Shown here: positions 12,379 through 26,090 of the stretch, one piece after another | Position numbering within the stretch: position 1 is the first letter of the stretch | Layout: each line of letters begins with the position of its first letter | Origin: Camelus ferus | Taxonomy: Eukaryota | Reading direction: 5' to 3' | DNA length: 64,000 bases | Assembly: GCF_009834535.1 (NCBI RefSeq) | Contig: NC_045697.1 | Coordinates: 65,102,001-65,166,000 of the forward strand | Notes under the pieces: generated by a model | What the model was told of the DNA's origin: nothing | Database searches by the model: none | The model's input: only the letters and a program-made list of their open reading frames with translations | Program-made: the position numbers and the translations under genes

Positions 12379-13429
12379 TTTTTTTTTCCCAAATAAATTG
12401 CTTATCCTTTTATTTGTTTATTTTTTTGTAGTATGCAACTAAATGGTTTTTTTGTTTGTTTGAATTTTGTTTGTTTGTTTTTATGTTATTTTTGTTTTAT
12501 TGAAGTATAGTCATTGTGTCAATTTCTGGTGTATAGCATACTGTTCCAATCATATTCTTTTTTACTAAAGGTTTTTACAAGATGTTGAATATAGTTCCGT
12601 GTGCTATACAGAAGAAATTTGTTTTTTATTTTTTTTGTATAGTGGTTACCTTTTGCAAATCTCAAACTCCCAAACTTATTTCTTCCCATCTCCTTTCCTC
12701 TAGTAACCATAAAATTATTAGTATGTCTGTGAGTCTGTTTCTGTTTTGTAGATGAGTTCATTAGTGTCCTCTTTTTCCTTTTTTTTTTTGTTTTTAGATT
12801 CCACATATGAGTAATATCATATGTTATTTTTCTTGCTCTTTCTGGCTTATGTCACTTAGAATGATGATCCTTAGGTCCATGCATGTTGCTGCAAATGGTG
12901 TTATTTTATTCTTTTTTATGGATGAGTAGTATTCTATTATATAAATATACCACAACCTCTTTATCCAGTCATATGTTGATGGACATTTAGGTTACTTCCA
13001 TGTCTTGGCTATTGTATATAGTGTTGCTATGAACATTAGGGTGCATGTATCTTTTCGAATTAGAGTTCCCTCCAGATATATGTCCAGGAGTGGAATTGCT
13101 ATGGTAAATCTATTTTTAGTTTTTTGAGGAATCTCCATGTTTTCCATAATGGCTGCACCAAACTACATTCCTACCGGCAGTGTAGTTTGGTTCCCTTTCT
13201 CCACACCCTCTCCAGCATTTATCGTTTATAGACTTTTGAATGATGGCCATTCTGACTGGTGTGAGGTGATATACCTCATTGTAGTTTTGATTTGCATTTC
13301 TCTGATAGTTAGTGATATTGAGCATTTTTTTTCATGTGCCTATTGGCCATTTGTATCTCTTCATTGGAGAATCACTTGTTTAGGCCTTCTGCCCATTTTT
13401 GGATTGGGTTGTTTGTGTTTTTTGCTATT
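12379..13429 (-). mobile_element. Younger 5'-truncated L1 (cetartiodactyl/camelid-like) nested in the old L1
   Basis: ORF2 C-terminal peptide [28 protein letters not shown] (13116-13325). 3' UTR ends ...ctatacttcaataaa (minus strand, 12496-12510), followed by an A-rich tail. Host L1 sequence resumes at aggtctcag. Confidence 0.92.
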
Positions 13430-14062
13430 AGGTCTCAGTGTTTTAGTGAACCTATGCTTCTGGACTGTGAACCTCAGAAGACTTGGGTTTTTTACTCCCT
13501 CCTTAGGTGGGACAGTGGGCTGAAATTGGGTATTTTCCTTCTACCAGTTCAGTTAAGCCCTGGTAATACCCCAGGAAATTAGGCTCTGATTAATTAGTTT
13601 CCCCTGAGGACAGGCCTTGTTAAGAAAACATTGCTTTGACATATTTCAAAATGGTTCTTTTACACTCTTCCTGTTGGAAGCCAAAAGGAATTTTCTCTGA
13701 AATTTACTCTGGAAATCTGATTGACCTCCTAGAGGTAAATCTCACAATATTGTAGGTGCACCCCTCATAACTGGGTTGCCGTGGAGATTTTAAACTCTCA
13801 GAGTTGTCCATAATGAACAATTACAATTCAAGTCTTCCTGTGATTCCTGTTTGTTTCCACTTGTGAGTCTCTCCTCAGATAGGCCATGACTCCCTATAGT
13901 CACCTGCCTTTCCAATACTGGGGGCAGCTGTTTGTCCTGTATTACATCCCCTTTCCTATAGATCCAAAAAGAGTTGATTTTTCTTTCTTTTTAGCTTTTT
14001 ACTTTTTTGTTTCTATAGCACCGCCACTTCCAAGCTTTTTACATTGGGAACCAGAAACCACA
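13430..14062 (-). mobile_element. Old L1, segment 2 (5' UTR region)
   Basis: Continues the host L1 across the nested insertion and ends ccacttccaagctttttacattgggaaccagaaacc, which resembles an L1M 5' terminus. Confidence 0.75.
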
Positions 14063-17000
14063 AAATTCCTGTGTAGATTTTTGAATAAACAAAAATCATA
14101 GTTACCTGTTTTACATGTATTATTCATTGAATATATAATTATACTTAAATGAATGAATTGCTTTCAAGTCACACATCTAAGCACATATATCATTTAGTTA
14201 ATCCTTTGGTACTTTATTTTTCAGTTTATAGTTAAGTACTCACTGTTCCTATTGAATTTTCTCCACATACCTATTTTAAGAACAATTTACTAAATTCAAG
14301 AATAAATGGAGATGAACGAAAAAAACTGACCTTGTTTTATTTTGTGTAGTAAAGTAGTTTTTAAGGTAAAAATACTAGAATTGCTCTTACTCTCACAAAA
14401 TAACATTAAATCTAAGTATGTGATCTAGAATTAAGAAATTATTTGTATATGAACATATATTTTAAACAAATACATATATATTTAAGTAATATTTCTTTTC
14501 TGATAGTGTATATTTAAATGTAATAATCTTGATTGGGAATGTTGTTAATGACAAACATCTGTAAACAGTTCTCATGAGCTTAAAAAGGGAATGAGAGTTA
14601 TAGATAAAGCTGTTTTCAATATATTTGGAAATTTGCTGGCAACTAAAAATGCATTTGATATTGATATTAACCATAGTAATATCAGTAAATGAAAAAAATG
14701 ACAGCTACTTTATGATTATGTTTTTTTCTCTGATTCATCTAACTAAACATTGGTGTCAGCATTATTTCCCTTATGAACATTGTTAAATGCATATGATTCA
14801 GATGGATAACTATGAGTGATCTATGAAGCTCTAGAAAATATTTTTTGTGATATTACATATAAGTGAGAATATTTTTTCTGTGACTCTCTTGATGGATCAG
14901 TAACTTCTGAAAACAAGTCATCTGGTATTTATAAAGAAGTTGTCTTCTCATTGTATCTTTCATGTACAGAAGCACATTTCTTCATGATCACTATCTGAAA
15001 GCTCTCTGTATTGTTGAGTTCAACTGCCATTGAATTAATATTTTCTCTAAAAGCCTATGTAATGGTTCTTCACCGTACAAGGATGAAATGGCCAACACAA
15101 ACTTTCAGGTCCTGTTCCATTTTTCAAGAGCTATAATTTTAAGATGTTCTTCTTTTTGTTTCAGTGTCTACTATTCTGTGCCCTTCCTATCTATTTGTCT
15201 AATGCTGTACCCAGAATCACACCAACAGCCAATACATACAGTCTCTTAATATATGTAATATAATACAATATGGTTTTTCCTTCCATCTCCACTGGGGAAT
15301 TTTCTCATAGTTAGACTAAATCATCTCCAGTTATGCAATCCTAACTTACTTTCTAGGCCATTAGCATACTATTTGCCTTATCTGTATTCCTTCCAATTTA
15401 TTAATATCCCCTCTTAAAAAGACAATGACAGTGGCCCCAAATACTCCTGATGTGCCATAGATTTCCTTGATATAATACATTATATTTACATAATACAAGT
15501 TATGTTTTCTGTAGTATTTTTTGACCGTTGAATTGATACACTTTTACATGTAAGCAATTGCACAGCCTTGGAAATTTCTTTACTTCCCAGAAGGAGTAAG
15601 GACTGCAAGAACTGAAGAAGTGAGCTGAGAACCTCCAAGTATACTGTCCATGCCCAATTAATAAATGTCTTTTCACTACCTGATCCTCAAAATACAACTT
15701 CTTCCTCTTCCCCTGCCATTTTTCTACACATAATGAAAATAGTACCCTTGAGACACAGAGATCTTACAACACGGCTATAATTAGTCAAGTGAGTCAGAGA
15801 GCAGAAGGGGAGAATAGAGCATCAGGAGAAAAGCAATAGGATTTACAAAATCTAAAATTTAGTGTTAAATACATCTTTGATAGTATTCTTTTACTACTAA
15901 CTGTGTAGACTTGCTTCAGTCATTTAACCTCTTGAGACTATTTACTGCTCAATAAAATATTTTATTATTTATACAGAATAAATTTTAGAAGAATATTTAA
16001 TGAACATTCATAATAGATACCCCACAAGTCTTACTGCTTCCATATATTTTCTTATCCTTGAGATAAGTGGGGATAGAAGTTTTACATTCTTTTTACCTAG
16101 AGAACTACTTTAATGATATTCTGCAAAAATCATTAGGAACTGGTGTATCATAGTCAGTATTGTACAGCAGTGGATGTTATATGAGAAATACTTTAATCCA
16201 CTACTGTCACAATTTTAAAGAAAATCAATTTCATACATGTAACTCATATTGTCAGAAAATTATCCCTTTCTCTTTCCAAAGAAAATATCAAAGCCTGTAA
16301 AGTAGTGAAGACTTTACGTATCCTATCACTTAACTGTATCATTTTAAATTTTTATTAATTCTCATTATTTTTCTTGTATGTTTTGTAACAGGTTGTTTTC
16401 TGTAATTCTTTAAATGAAATTACTGGACAATAATATTTTGTGAGATAAAAATCTACACACTATTTTTTCTTTATTATCAGATCAATACTGATTAGACCGA
16501 ATCAAAGAATACCACATGTACAAAACTTACTTGCATAGTAACTCTGAACTTTTACAGAAATTTTATTTTATAATTCCTTAGAATATTAAACAATTTATTA
16601 GATGGCTATGACATTGTACATGAGCCATAAATAAACTCTACTTCTATCACTTAACATTTTCTCCTTTGTATTTTTCATAATATCTTACAGAGTATCAAAT
16701 ATACTTCATCTGCTTCTCTCTACATTGAGTGTACCTGTTTCTTATTTCAGAATGGCTTTTATTTTACATTAGCCAAAAAAAAATGTTGAAAAGATAAAAC
16801 TGTACTATTGCACCATGATTTCAACAATGAAAACAAAAAAGTATGGATGTGTACAATTACTAGGGTGCATACACAGAAAGGATAACAACCCTTTAGAATA
16901 TTATATTACAGGGAGTTGTTTTTAATATAAACTTACAAATTATTTTCATTTGTATATAAAATAAATTTATTCTAGGCACTTCTAGCATACAGAAAATGAA

Positions 17001-17189
17001 ATGGTAAGAGACTTATTTATATGCTGTGATAGTGATTGTATTCAAAACATAACCTACCTGATTTCATAACTTCTAATCTTTCCATTTAGCATATATCAGA
17101 AACAGTACAAAGGCTTCCCTAAAGAGACATGGTTACTTCTCATTGTGCTGACCATGTCAGATTATATTGTTTTAAAAACTTTTTATTAA

Positions 17190-17310
17190 CTTATGGTGAA
17201 AAGGAATATGAAGGTGAATATATGTATGTTCATGTATGACTAAAACATTGTGCTGCACATCAGAAATTGATACAACATTGTAAACTGACTATGCTTCAAT
17301 AAAAAAATAC
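17190..17310 (+). mobile_element. Short L1 3'-end insertion (camelid-like family)
   Basis: gaaaaggaatatgaa...cagaaattgatacaacattgtaaactgactatgcttcaataaaaaaa. Confidence 0.85.
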
Positions 17311-17914
17311 ATACAACTTTAAATTTCAGATTACTTATTGGACTAAAAAGTTTAAAAATAATTTTATTTGAGTATTTTTTAATTATTGAGAAAGCTCTCA
17401 TTTCAAAAGACCTTTAAAAGTAAATTTTATAAAGTTATTTTGAAATACTACATTGAGATATCCAGTAGTTTCAGTACTTAAAAAATGAAATAAGTCTTAG
17501 AAATTTAGAGTTGGAATGTTCCTGGAAACAATTTACCTTGGTCCTCCAGTTGTCTCAGGATAATATACTAAGAAGTTAAACCATTTTCACTAAGATCTGT
17601 AGAGAGTCATGTGAAGGATTAAATAAACTAAAGCCAGATTTTTTTGTTTATTCTATTTTCATAATTTAATGTGGCAGTGAAATGTTACTTGCAGTACACT
17701 AGTAATCATTTAGGACCTACAATTTTCTGATATTAGTTGGACTTTAACACCCACCATCTTAATGATTACTTCAATTAAAAAGAAATTGTTGGTCCCTATA
17801 GGTGTTTCCAAGCTGTGTGAAAAATAAGGATGTCTTGTTCTTTAAAAGTCTTATTTGATCTGTAATATATTGTTATGGGAGAGGCCCTGGAGCCCCACTG
17901 GAAGAGCAGTGCAG

Positions 17915-18140
17915 TGCTTGGGAACAGAGAGTGTACCACGAAGACACCAAGGTTTAAATCCTGGCTCTACTACTTGCCAATTTGGCAAGTTATTTCAGTT
18001 TCTTACAGCCTCAGTTTTTTATATGTAAAATGTACATAGTAATTGAATCTACTTCACAAAGTAATATGAATAATTTATTCTGTATAAAACATAGAAAACA
18101 GTGCCTGGCATGTGGTAAGCACTATGTCCATGCTTGTCAT
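17915..18140 (+). mobile_element. MIR SINE, near full length
   Basis: ggtttaaatcctggctctactactt, ggcaagttattt, agcctcagtttttt...tgtaaaatg, aacagtgcctggcatgtggtaagcact. Confidence 0.88.
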
Positions 18141-18899
18141 AATCATTCTGTGTGTGGGGACAGAATTGAACACCAGGGTCTGGGCCCATGGTTCTTTAGC
18201 TTCCTTTGAAAATTATGTCATTAGCAGGGCATGGCACTTGCTAATAGCACAGCACTAAAAGGATTAGGAGGGTTTAGAAAAGAGGTTAGCATATCCTGGT
18301 CATGGCTTGTGTGTATATGGGTTTTAAAAATATACATAGTCTGTGTTCTCTTTGGACTGAAACAGAATGAGACCTGTATTCTCCTCTACGTGCGTTTGGT
18401 TTCTCACTTTCTGCACCTCTCAACTCTTCTATTTCATGCCACCTACCTCATCCTGGCTCTGGCAAAGGCAATTTCAAAAAGAAAAGCTGAAAAGTCACAA
18501 AATGTTATGATTAATAGCTGTTCCTACTCCCTTTAGACATACAGATGACACATATTTGTGCTTTTCTACATTCACAAGAAAGATTAGAACTGTGGCTAGA
18601 ATTTTTTAGTTGAAACATACCATTCATGAAGCAGAAAATATTGCTGAATATTTGTTTCATAATAAATTTTGTTGATGGCATCACAATTCCAATTTTTTAA
18701 ACCAGTGAAATTGTACATAGTCATTACAGTATCATGTAGACAAACATATTGGTGATGGTAATGGATTTTATTTTGTCACAGTGCTTGACTAATGAAACAT
18801 TTTTTTAAAAAAATTATTTAGAAGAAAATTACTATTCTTCAGAATAGTAATTTATTTTCTGTAACATTGAAATTAAATTTCTCTTAAGAAACTTGTTTC

Positions 18900-19213
18900 T
18901 TTAACCTCTTTATTGGTATAAAACCTGTGTAATACAGAATTCACTTCTTTGAAGTACATAATTTAATGGTTTTAATTGATTCTCACAAGTGTGCCACCAT
19001 TGCCACATTCGAATTTTAAACTACTCTCATCACCCCAGAAAGAAACTCTGTGATCGCTAACAGTCATGCTTTATCTCCCTCAACCCAAGTTCCCCAGCCC
19101 TGGGCAGCATCTTATCTGCTTTCTGTCTATATAGATTTTCCTGTTCTGCATTTTTCATATAAATGGAATCATACAGTATGATTTTTGGACTGCCTTTTTT
19201 CACTTAGCATGAT
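18900..19213 (-). mobile_element. L1MB-like 3' UTR fragment
   Basis: catcaccccagaaagaaactctgt, ccccagccctgggcagcat, tttcatataaatggaatcatacagtatg, tttttcacttagcat. Confidence 0.85.
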
Positions 19214-19900
19214 AAAAAACTTTCGAGATTAAAAAAATGTTTGTTCTTATGAAGGAAAAACATGTTCTTAAAAAAATGTATCAAATGCCATTATGCAAAG
19301 AAAACACTTGTTTTTCATTGTTTGGCCATATCATATTTTGATCCTCTTCTGTGTGTTGAAAGTATAAAGCCATATTGGATATAATGACAGTTTTTTATCA
19401 CACTGAACACTTGATTATTCAATCTAGTAGAGGGCAATGGTTTCATAGCTAATGCTCAAGTCTTGTACGTTTGCCTTTGGGATATAATGTGTGTGCTTTT
19501 GACAGTGTGTCTGCTTGAATAACAATGTTCAACTAGAGTAATATCAAAATTGCCCTGAATTCCCCTAGCATATGCCAACTAGAAGCAGGTAGAGATAGAT
19601 TAGAAGTGTCATGTCAAGCAGAAGTCAGCCTGAGATTAAAGCCTCATTATAATCCAAAATGTGAACAATCCAACTATAGATTAATAATTTTGACTGCATG
19701 TTGTATAAATGCTTTATTAGACATAGAAAAACACAGACAGTAGCACCAACTTGGCTGGAAATTTTAATCTTGAATTAGTGATAATTAATGATTTTATGGT
19801 AATTTTGTAATTAAGAATATTCTTCTTGGGATTCATGTTATATAATGAGGTCTTTGTAGAACTATCATAAAATTAATTCTTCTAGATGGAATGAATAATA

Positions 19901-19947
<47 letters not shown>
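19901..19947. repeat. (ATG)15 trinucleotide microsatellite
   Basis: Read directly. It abuts the tail of a MIR. Confidence 0.97.
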
Positions 19948-20075
19948 ACAGCTAACATTTACTGAGTACTTACACGTCCCGGGTACTGCTCTAAGGGGTT
20001 TACTACATTCATTAATTTAGTCCTTACCACAATACTATGAGGCTCACAGAGGAGAAAGTATATTGCCTAAGGACC
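19948..20075 (-). mobile_element. MIR SINE fragment
   Basis: gctaacatttactgagtacttac...ctaagg...tccttaccacaatactatgaggctcacagagg. Confidence 0.8.
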
Positions 20076-20930
20076 CCCCGCAGGCATCGGTAGATGTACC
20101 ACTTTTCTTATTTTAATTCTGTACTTTGGCTTTCAATATATTTTTGACATAGAAAAATTGAACTATTAACAATTATTTTCACCAGTGAAAAGTGCTACTT
20201 TTCCTATCACCAGTAGAACTCTATTTCCTTTTGAAAGAAACATGGGTTTCATGAGGAAAATATCAGAAGAGTGGACAGTTCTATTCCAATAAAGATACTT
20301 ATTGAAACATAAAATACTTTAAAAAACCTTTTATTAGAGAAAATGTAATCTCAGTCAGATACTTGTAATCCTGATTTCAATTAGGCCTAGAATTTCAGAG
20401 CTAGCAAAAAAAAAGTTTCTTAAAATTCTAGTCAAATGCTTTCATTTTTAGCAGAGTGAGGTTGATTTCAAATCTTTTTTTTTTAATGGTTCAATATTGC
20501 TCAAATAGAAAATGTGTGACTAAGAAATATAGTTAACCTTGAGTTAGAATGCTGTGGAGTGCAGCAGTGTGGTGGCAGCTGAGATTCCACTAACCCACAA
20601 AGTTATGGGTCACCGAACACAAATTGTACTTCTTTCAGAGGAAGATTTTCACACTTAATATGAGTAAATGTTCCCATTCAGTCTATCCTTATTCAATCTC
20701 TCGTATCACCAAAACAAAACAGAAGAACATATGTCTTTTAATAAATACCTGATTTATTGTGTGTATATTAATTTAGATATAATGCATTATATTGTTTAAT
20801 ATTAATTCATGTGTTTTATGATATCTATGAAAATAGAATACCTAAAACTAAATTGAAGCTAATTAGCCTATGTAGCCAAGTCGAGCCTATGTCTTTTTGT
20901 TCAACATGTAAATATTGAAATCGTATCTTT

Positions 20931-21093
20931 TTTTCCTTCTTGAAGTATAGTCAGTTACAATGTGTCAATTTCCGGTGTACAACATAATGTCCCTGTCGTG
21001 TGTGTGTATATATATATATATATACACACATATATTCCTTTTCATATTCTTTTTCTTTGAAGGTTATTACAAGATACTGAATATGATTCCCTG
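20931..21093 (-). mobile_element. Short L1 3'-end insertion with a 16-bp target-site duplication
   Basis: tgaagtatagtcagttacaatgtgtcaatttccggtgtacaacataat, flanked by ttgaaatcgtatcttt (20915-20930) and ttgaaatcatatcttt (21094-21109). Confidence 0.92.
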
Positions 21094-24000
21094 TTGAAAT
21101 CATATCTTTAGAATATAATATCATAAAGACCTAAATTTTGAAAATTACTTTGATATTAGTCTCTAAAATAGCAACTAGTGAGATAACAGTTTAGATTATT
21201 TAAAAATTCTGTTGGTGCAATGGTGTAAAGCTAACTGAAAGAATTATTTCCAAATATTTCTGTTTAATCATAATCTGAGGTACGATTCAATAATGAACAA
21301 GGAATTCCTGGTAATGAGAAAATATTTACCAATGAATCACATTTTATAATATTACAGTGCATGTGATATTGATACAGTACCCCTTTCTACACTTATGTAT
21401 TTATTATGACATATAACTAATACAAATATTAATTAGCAATTCATATACATGTATGTATGTGTGTGTGATCTTTGTATCTTGTTAAAGCCTTTAAATAAGT
21501 AGCAGAAAAATGATGAATTTTAGGAATAAACCTTTGTAGGCATCCTTTTCATAATGTGTTCTCTCTTCATTAATCATTGAAGAATTTTTAAGTGACTGTT
21601 TAAGGATAGAAATGCCTAGAAGTAGGCACTTTATGCAAAAATAGTGACATATTAGTTCAGTTGCTTTGCAATCAAATCCTAAATAATAGCATGGAAATAA
21701 TAAGGATATAATTAAGTAACTTGAAATTACTAGTTTTTAAATTGATAAGGAAAGACATACTTTCAATAACATTTAGGGAAATATAAGAAGAAGGGGCAAA
21801 ATGATTTATTAATTTTGGAAATACAAATAAAGTATATAAATATGGTTTATAAATAACATGGATATAATACATTATTATAACACAAATTGGTCTCTTATCA
21901 ATGAAAAATGTCTGTGTCCAAGAGTAACTTAAGCATGAATATGCCTATTACACTAGTATTTAGGATTATTATCTAGGAATATATTTAGGATATCATTGAT
22001 CTCAATTTTCCAGTTCTCTGAGAAAAAAAAAAGTTATTCTCTCCCCTGAAAAGAGAGAGACACACTTCCCTAGGTTTCTCTATATGCCATGATGTTTGGA
22101 TAGAAGAGGAACAATGAATGTATCAGGAAATAATTGGATTTATATTTCATGCTGTTACAAGGCAGAAGAAATAACATTATGATTGACATTTTTGGAATGA
22201 CAACTATGTACAAAGCATTATGCTTATAGACTTAATTACATTAAGTCAAAAGTCAACCTCACTGAAAATAATCCAATTTCATAGTAGATGGTTAATGCTA
22301 TTCTAGCTCCATTATTTATTAATTCATAAAGAGTCAGGAATTAGTTTATATGCCAGTGAATTAAGTTTTGACTGGAGCAAGTATAAGAAGATTAAGAATA
22401 TGAGAACCTAAAAACCAAAATGAAAGTAACTATACCAATGTGAGATGTGAAAATAAATAAATTCAAAGTAAAATATCATAATTTAAGTAAACTCTTTACA
22501 TTTAGTGAATATTAAACAATGCTTACCAGTGAGTGTTTAAAATATTGATTCTTATTTTAAAGTCTCTGGAAACTATAAGATATACTGTAGACATTTTGCT
22601 TTAATGGATGTTGATTAATAATTGTTTCACAATATGTATACACTCTAAAGTATTGAATGAATGGGATAAAATATCTATGTAATATGAAACATTATACTCC
22701 AATACAGTTTTTCCTTTCAAACTGGTTTTGAGAACTTAATCATTGCAGAAGCTTCTGGCAGGCAGCATTCAATTTTTAAACATACTAGAATAGATAGATC
22801 ATAATCTTGGGTAAAAATTGGCTTGAAGAGGGAGTTACAACACAGTCCAATAATGTATAATGACCACATCAGTATCATTACTTGTAGGTTGCAAATGAGT
22901 AGTGGTCAATTCTTTCTCTCATCTTACTTTTCATTTTGTTGTGTCAGGAAACTTCTTTGAACTTATTTTACAAAATAAGTACTTTTCACAGTCACTATTA
23001 TTAGTAACACTTTGCTTAAAATCAGTTTCACAAGTGATGACAACACAGCAGCATATCAAGAGAGCTGAACACTACTATTCTGATGTGTGCATTTAGGTTA
23101 CAAGTTATTGTTGACAAAATTGGGCAATGTCTAGATTATTCAAAGTTAATATTTAATAATGGATTATGAGATGTTCTCATAGCTGGGACTCTAACATCCT
23201 CTTTTGCCCCCAGAGGTGTAGATGGCCTAGTTACAAGCTCAGGGGAGGTGAATTTCCATGGTAATATAAGATATTTACGCCTTCACTCATGAACCACATA
23301 CAACTTGTCTTTCCTAAGCCAAGCTTTAGTCAACTAATGTACTGCCTGATTAAATTATTAAACTTTACACATATATACATAAAAGATATTCTTTCAGTGA
23401 CTATGTTTTAATTCTTCTATACAGTCATAGAGTGGTGAATATCTAGAAGACACTAAGACTGTTTCAATCTGGTCATAATAAGTAGTGATCTGATAAAGTG
23501 AAAAAAAATTGATAGCTAATCTGTCTATAAACATAAAGAATAGACATGAATTAATACACAGTTTTACAAAGCATGAGCAAAAACAAAGGATGGCATTTTT
23601 AAGTAAATAAATACATACTACAAATTTAAATGCTCTTTTATAGTAACATAAGGTACACATGTAAGACATTTCTGCCTTTACCCATCATTTCATGGATGGT
23701 GAGTTACAGAAGTAGAATTACACCTAAACTTCACTATAACTGATCCTTGTTGTCATGTCCATAAGAATATTGTATTATTGAATATAGTCAACTCTTGATT
23801 ATGTACATATCCTTTTTCATGATCAATTTTAAGTATAGTCCTGGGATATTTTGCCGGAAACATGGAATACGTTTCTGGCATCCTTACCCCATTTCCTGAC
23901 TTGCCTAGGCTCAGAGACTACAAGGCAATTTAATCTTACCACAAAGCAAAACACGATTACAGAAGTGCAAACTCTGCCATTTGATATTATCTCTACTTCT

Positions 24001-24337
24001 TCCTACATTAGCAGACAAAATTGAACTGATACCTATTGCTGACTCCTCCAGAATTGTGGTTTCAGCATAACTGAGGGATTTCATGGATATATTTGCCTGT
24101 TGGCATGAATGTTTTATAGTAAATAAATAGTGCTGCTATTAATTACTTTTTTCATTATCCATTCTCTTACCTGATAAAATCATAAAATCATATATGAAAG
24201 TGGGAACCCATGATAGGATGCATATTCACCTCATGAAGAAACTGAAACTCACAGACTAGCATGCATGACTGACTAAAGTTCAGTGTGTAAGTAACTTGAT
24301 AGATTTAATAGTAGAACTCAGTTCTTCCCACACTCAT

Positions 24338-25560
24338 GCAATTCATTCAACAATCAGCCAGTAACTGTAGCAAGTCTAATATGTGCCAGACTCTGGGAAA
24401 CTTATATTATGAGAATCAGAAAATTAAAAAGTAAGCAAATAAATAAAGATGATAATTACATACTGCAATAAGTACTATGAAATAAAGTTATCTATGAAAT
24501 GTAATTGACAGGAGAGGTAGTGGTAATGCTGATGTAAATAGAATGACAGGAGTTTTCTCTAAAGAGATGGCATTTGATGTGAAAGCTGAATGACAAAAAG
24601 AAGTCAGCCATGAAAAGAACTTGGAGAGGAACATTCTACAGAAAAGAAACAGGAAATGCAAGGACTCAAGGTTAAGAAAGAACTTTGTGATTTCCAGAAA
24701 CAGAAAAGAAATTAACAGGTATATTGTGATGGGGACATAGTAGGAGATGAAATGAAAAGGTAGGCAGGGCCAGATGTTTACAGCACTTTATGCTTAGTAA
24801 AAGCTTTGTATTTCATTCTAAGTGAAATGGGAATCCTCTAAAGAGCCGTAAGCGTACATTAGCTGATTTGACTTCCACAGAGAACATTCTGACTGCATTG
24901 TAAAGAATCAGCTGTAGGGAAGCAGGAATGAAAACCATTGCTATAGTTTAGGTGCTAAACTATCATTTGGACTTAAGTGTTTGCAGTTTAGTTGGAGAGA
25001 AGTGGACACATTCAAAAATATGTGTGGATTTAAGATCAATAGAATTTGCTGATAGGTTTGGTATAGACAGGAAAAAAAAGGCAGACATCAAGGATGACTC
25101 CCATATTTGAAGTCTGAGCAATTGTACAGACTGGTGCTATTTACTGGGATAGAAAAAAACTAGGAAAGAAATAGTAGTAGGAATAGTAATTAATAAAGAA
25201 TTTTTTTTCACTGTGTGTGAAGTTTGAGATGCCAGATACACAGTCAAGAGGAAGTTTCAATTAGTTATCAGGAAGATCAGAGAGAGGGAAATCTTGGCAC
25301 AAGTTATAAATTTGATGAAATTGCTAGACATAGGCATAAGCAAGATCACCAAGGGAGAGTTTATATAAAGACAAGAGGTTCAGAATCAATCCATGGATAC
25401 TGTGCAATTAGAGTCAGGTTATGGAAAGAGGACAGAGGAGAGGAAAGTAAGAAGGAGTAGGTAGAGGTGTAGGAGAGAACCAGGGATCATGACTTCATGG
25501 TAACCAAAAAAAAGGAGTATTTACTAAAAAAAGAAAGGGCAATGATGTAGATTACTATTA
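24338..25560 (-). mobile_element. Long L2 fragment
   Basis: Begins attcattcaacaa...atgtgccagactct. Purine-rich body with aggtaggcagggccagat, catcaaggatgactccca, gaagtttgagatgcc. Confidence 0.85.
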
Positions 25561-25899
25561 CTGGGTAGAAACCTCTACTATAAGGAAGAGAGACCTAGAA
25601 ATTTGAAGGGAATAATAGGTGTTCTAAAATATTCAAACTCAATATCTGCCATAGACCTCAATAGTGCTAGGGACTTAGATGTCTTTTTTTTTTTTAATGA
25701 AAACTTATAATAGCTGAGTTCCTTCTCAATATGTGTACATAAAGTCAAACGTATCTTTTTTTATAATGCTATGATCATCGGAAACTTTGATTTGCTCAAT
25801 TTGAGGGCATTAAGGAAAAAAATTTATATAACTGAGCTCTGACATACTCACTTCATGTTGCCAGATGCTCTAAATATTTTTCTTCATTGACTTTCCCCT

Positions 25900-26090
25900 C
25901 ATGGGCCTAGCACAGTTACTTATGCATATGCTTCTGCCCCAGTTTGATTTCTAACCCCATCCCTTTCTTCCTGTCTGGTCTCTGCAAGAGCCCTGATAAC
26001 AGGAAGTGCATTATTCTTGCCTCACTGTCATAATTCCTCTGCCAGCACAGTGTCTGGAACATAGTAGACACTCAAAAATTTTTTTGGTGA
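25900..26090 (+). mobile_element. L2 3' end
   Basis: gccagcacagtgtctggaacatagtagacactcaaaaa. Confidence 0.65.

Noticed and set aside
9132..14101. The many ORFs on both strands in 9.1-14.1k as genes
   Set aside because: Minus-strand ones are broken L1 ORF2/UTR remnants. Plus-strand ones are Phe/Leu-rich antisense read-through of A-rich L1.
15180..15470. Possible L3/CR1 remnant
   Set aside because: Only faint motif similarity, which cannot be supported without an HMM search.
16324..16660. Two atcacttaac motifs resembling U12 branch sites
   Set aside because: They are an imperfect match to TCCTTAAC, and no U12-type donor was found.
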